DNA from: Nitrospinales bacterium | Lineage (GTDB): Bacteria > Nitrospinota > Nitrospinia > Nitrospinales > VA-1 | DNA: 64,000 nt | Direction of reading: 5' to 3' | Assembly: GCA_965262115.1 (NCBI GenBank) | Contig: OZ253496.1 | Location: 1,280,001-1,344,000, forward strand | Position numbers and translations under genes: made by a program | The notes under the pieces: generated by a model | The model's input: the letters and a program-made list of their open reading frames with translations, nothing else | Told to the model about the DNA's origin: nothing | Databases searched by the model: none | Part shown: positions 62,549 to 64,000 of the stretch, piece after piece | Position numbering within the stretch: the first letter of the stretch is position 1 | Layout: every line of letters begins with the position of its first letter

Positions 62549-63613
62549 TTATTCTCCTTTCAGAGCTTGCGTCTGGAAGTGAAGCGTTAACGCATCAAGA
62601 ATCTCAACGAGGTCTCCCTCCATCACTAAAGACAGCTTATGCAGGGTTAGACCGATTCTATGGTCGGTCACTCGCTCCTGAGGGTAATTATAGGTGCGAA
62701 TGCGTCCACTACGGTCACCGGTACCCACCTGCTGCTTGCGGTCACTGGCCATGGATTCCTGCTGCTTTCTTTGTTCCTCATCATATAACCGGGCTCTTAA
62801 AACTTTCATGGCTTTTTCCCGGTTCTTATGTTGTGATTTTTCATCCTGACAGGTCACTATCATTCCGGTAGGGATGTAAGTCAAGCGGACCGCCGAATCT
62901 GTCGTGTTGACACTCTGTCCACCCGGCCCGGATGAACGGTAGACATCGATTTTTATATCCGCCGGATTAATTTTGATATCCACGTCCTCCACCTCTGGCA
63001 AAACCGCAACTGTCACCGCAGAGGTATGAATGCGTCCCTGACTTTCTGTATCCGGAACCCGTTGCACCCGATGAGTGCCTCCTTCATATTTCAGTTTGCT
63101 ATAAACCCCTTTTCCCGAAATGCTGAAAATGATTTCTTTGAATCCGCCTTTGCCAGTCAGGCTGGAACTTAAAATTTCCACCGGCCATTTTTTCTCCTCG
63201 GCGTATCTCGAATACATGCGGAACAAGTCGTTTGAAAAAAGTGCCGCCTCTTCGCCCCCTGTACCGGCACGAATCTCCACGATAACGTTGCGTTCATCGC
63301 GGGGATCTTTAGGAAGCAAAAGAATTTTTAGATCCTCTACCGCTTTCTGCTTTTGAGTCTCCAGATCAGCCATGTCTTCCTGGGCCATTTCCATCAACTC
63401 CGGATCTTGCTCTTCATCCAGGATTTTTTTACTCTCTTCCAACTGTCGGCTGATCTTCTGCCACTCTTGAAACCGGTGGACGATGGGACTCAGTTCAGAT
63501 TGCTCCCGGGCATACTTCTGGAACTCGGACTGCTGGGAAATGATTTTGGGATCACTGAGCAACTGGTTAAGATCGTTAGAACGTTTCTCAACCGATTTCA
63601 ACTTATCAAACAT
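62549..63613 (-). CDS. prfA: Peptide chain release factor 1
   Basis: GTGGEEA, RVPDT (PxT), GGQ. Confidence 0.97.
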   Translation of the reverse strand: MFDKLKSVEKRSNDLNQLLSDPKIISQQSEFQKYAREQSELSPIVHRFQEWQKISRQLEESKKILDEEQDPELMEMAQEDMADLETQKQKAVEDLKILLLPKDPRDERNVIVEIRAGTGGEEAALFSNDLFRMYSRYAEEKKWPVEILSSSLTGKGGFKEIIFSISGKGVYSKLKYEGGTHRVQRVPDTESQGRIHTSAVTVAVLPEVEDVDIKINPADIKIDVYRSSGPGGQSVNTTDSAVRLTYIPTGMIVTCQDEKSQHKNREKAMKVLRARLYDEEQRKQQESMASDRKQQVGTGDRSGRIRTYNYPQERVTDHRIGLTLHKLSLVMEGDLVEILDALTLHFQTQALKGE

Positions 63614-63672
63614 GGGTGGTTTCTAGAAAATCCCGGGAGGGATCCGGAGAAGGAAAAAGAAGACAAACGCGC

Positions 63673-63909
63673 TTATTGGTGACTGGGTGATTCTTGGTTG
63701 CCGGCAGGCTTCGCCTTGGCGTATTTGCGTTTGAATTTTTCAATGCGACCAGCAGTATCCATGAGCTTCTGTTTTCCCGTGAAAAAGGGATGACATGTGG
63801 AACAAATCTCCACATGAAGGTCTTTCAGAGTTGTACGGGTCTGCACATCGCTTCCACATGCACACCGCACCAAGGTCTCATAATATTCAGGATGAATACT
63901 GTCTTTCAT
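63673..63909 (-). CDS. rpmE: 50S ribosomal protein L31, zinc-binding type
   Basis: [21 protein letters not shown]. Confidence 0.96.
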   Translation of the reverse strand: MKDSIHPEYYETLVRCACGSDVQTRTTLKDLHVEICSTCHPFFTGKQKLMDTAGRIEKFKRKYAKAKPAGNQESPSHQ

Positions 63910-63919
63910 TATCTCACCG

Positions 63920-64000
63920 TCAGGAGTTCATAGTCGCCATAAATTCGGCATTGGTTTTGGTTTCTTTAATCTTCTGTAAGAGAAGATCCATCGTATCATG
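63920..64000 (-). CDS. rho: Transcription termination factor Rho, C-terminal end (partial)
   Basis: [25 protein letters not shown]; rho-rpmE-prfA-prmC synteny. Confidence 0.75.
   Translation of the reverse strand, partial: HDTMDLLLQKIKETKTNAEFMATMNS

Overview
Bacterial chromosomal window, mostly housekeeping genes: tyrS, rpmH-rnpA-yidD-yidC-mnmE, purH, dnaN, glnS, tRNA-Arg(TCT), hflX, hemE/hemH, queG, murA-prmC-prfA-rpmE-rho. Gene content suggests a Nitrospina-like (Nitrospinota) organism; this is inference, not verified. Accessory content: two C-protein-controlled type II restriction-modification systems, an IS3 remnant, an intact IS110, a GIY-YIG mini-island at the end of hflX, and several pseudogenes. 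The most striking signal is a nested set of small non-coding elements. (1) About 14 copies of a 39-41 bp asymmetric micro-element (TACCC-hairpin-GGGCAYGAA...CACR) whose removal restores intact target sites, i.e. insertion with no target duplication and no terminal inverted repeats. (2) An IS621-like IS110 inserted into one copy; its left end holds a readable bridge RNA whose guides match that micro-element and the IS's own circle junction. (3) A MITE family with 9-bp target duplications. (4) A polar CCAC-N5-GTGG hairpin family abutting gene ends. All calls were made by eye from the sequence; no searches were run.
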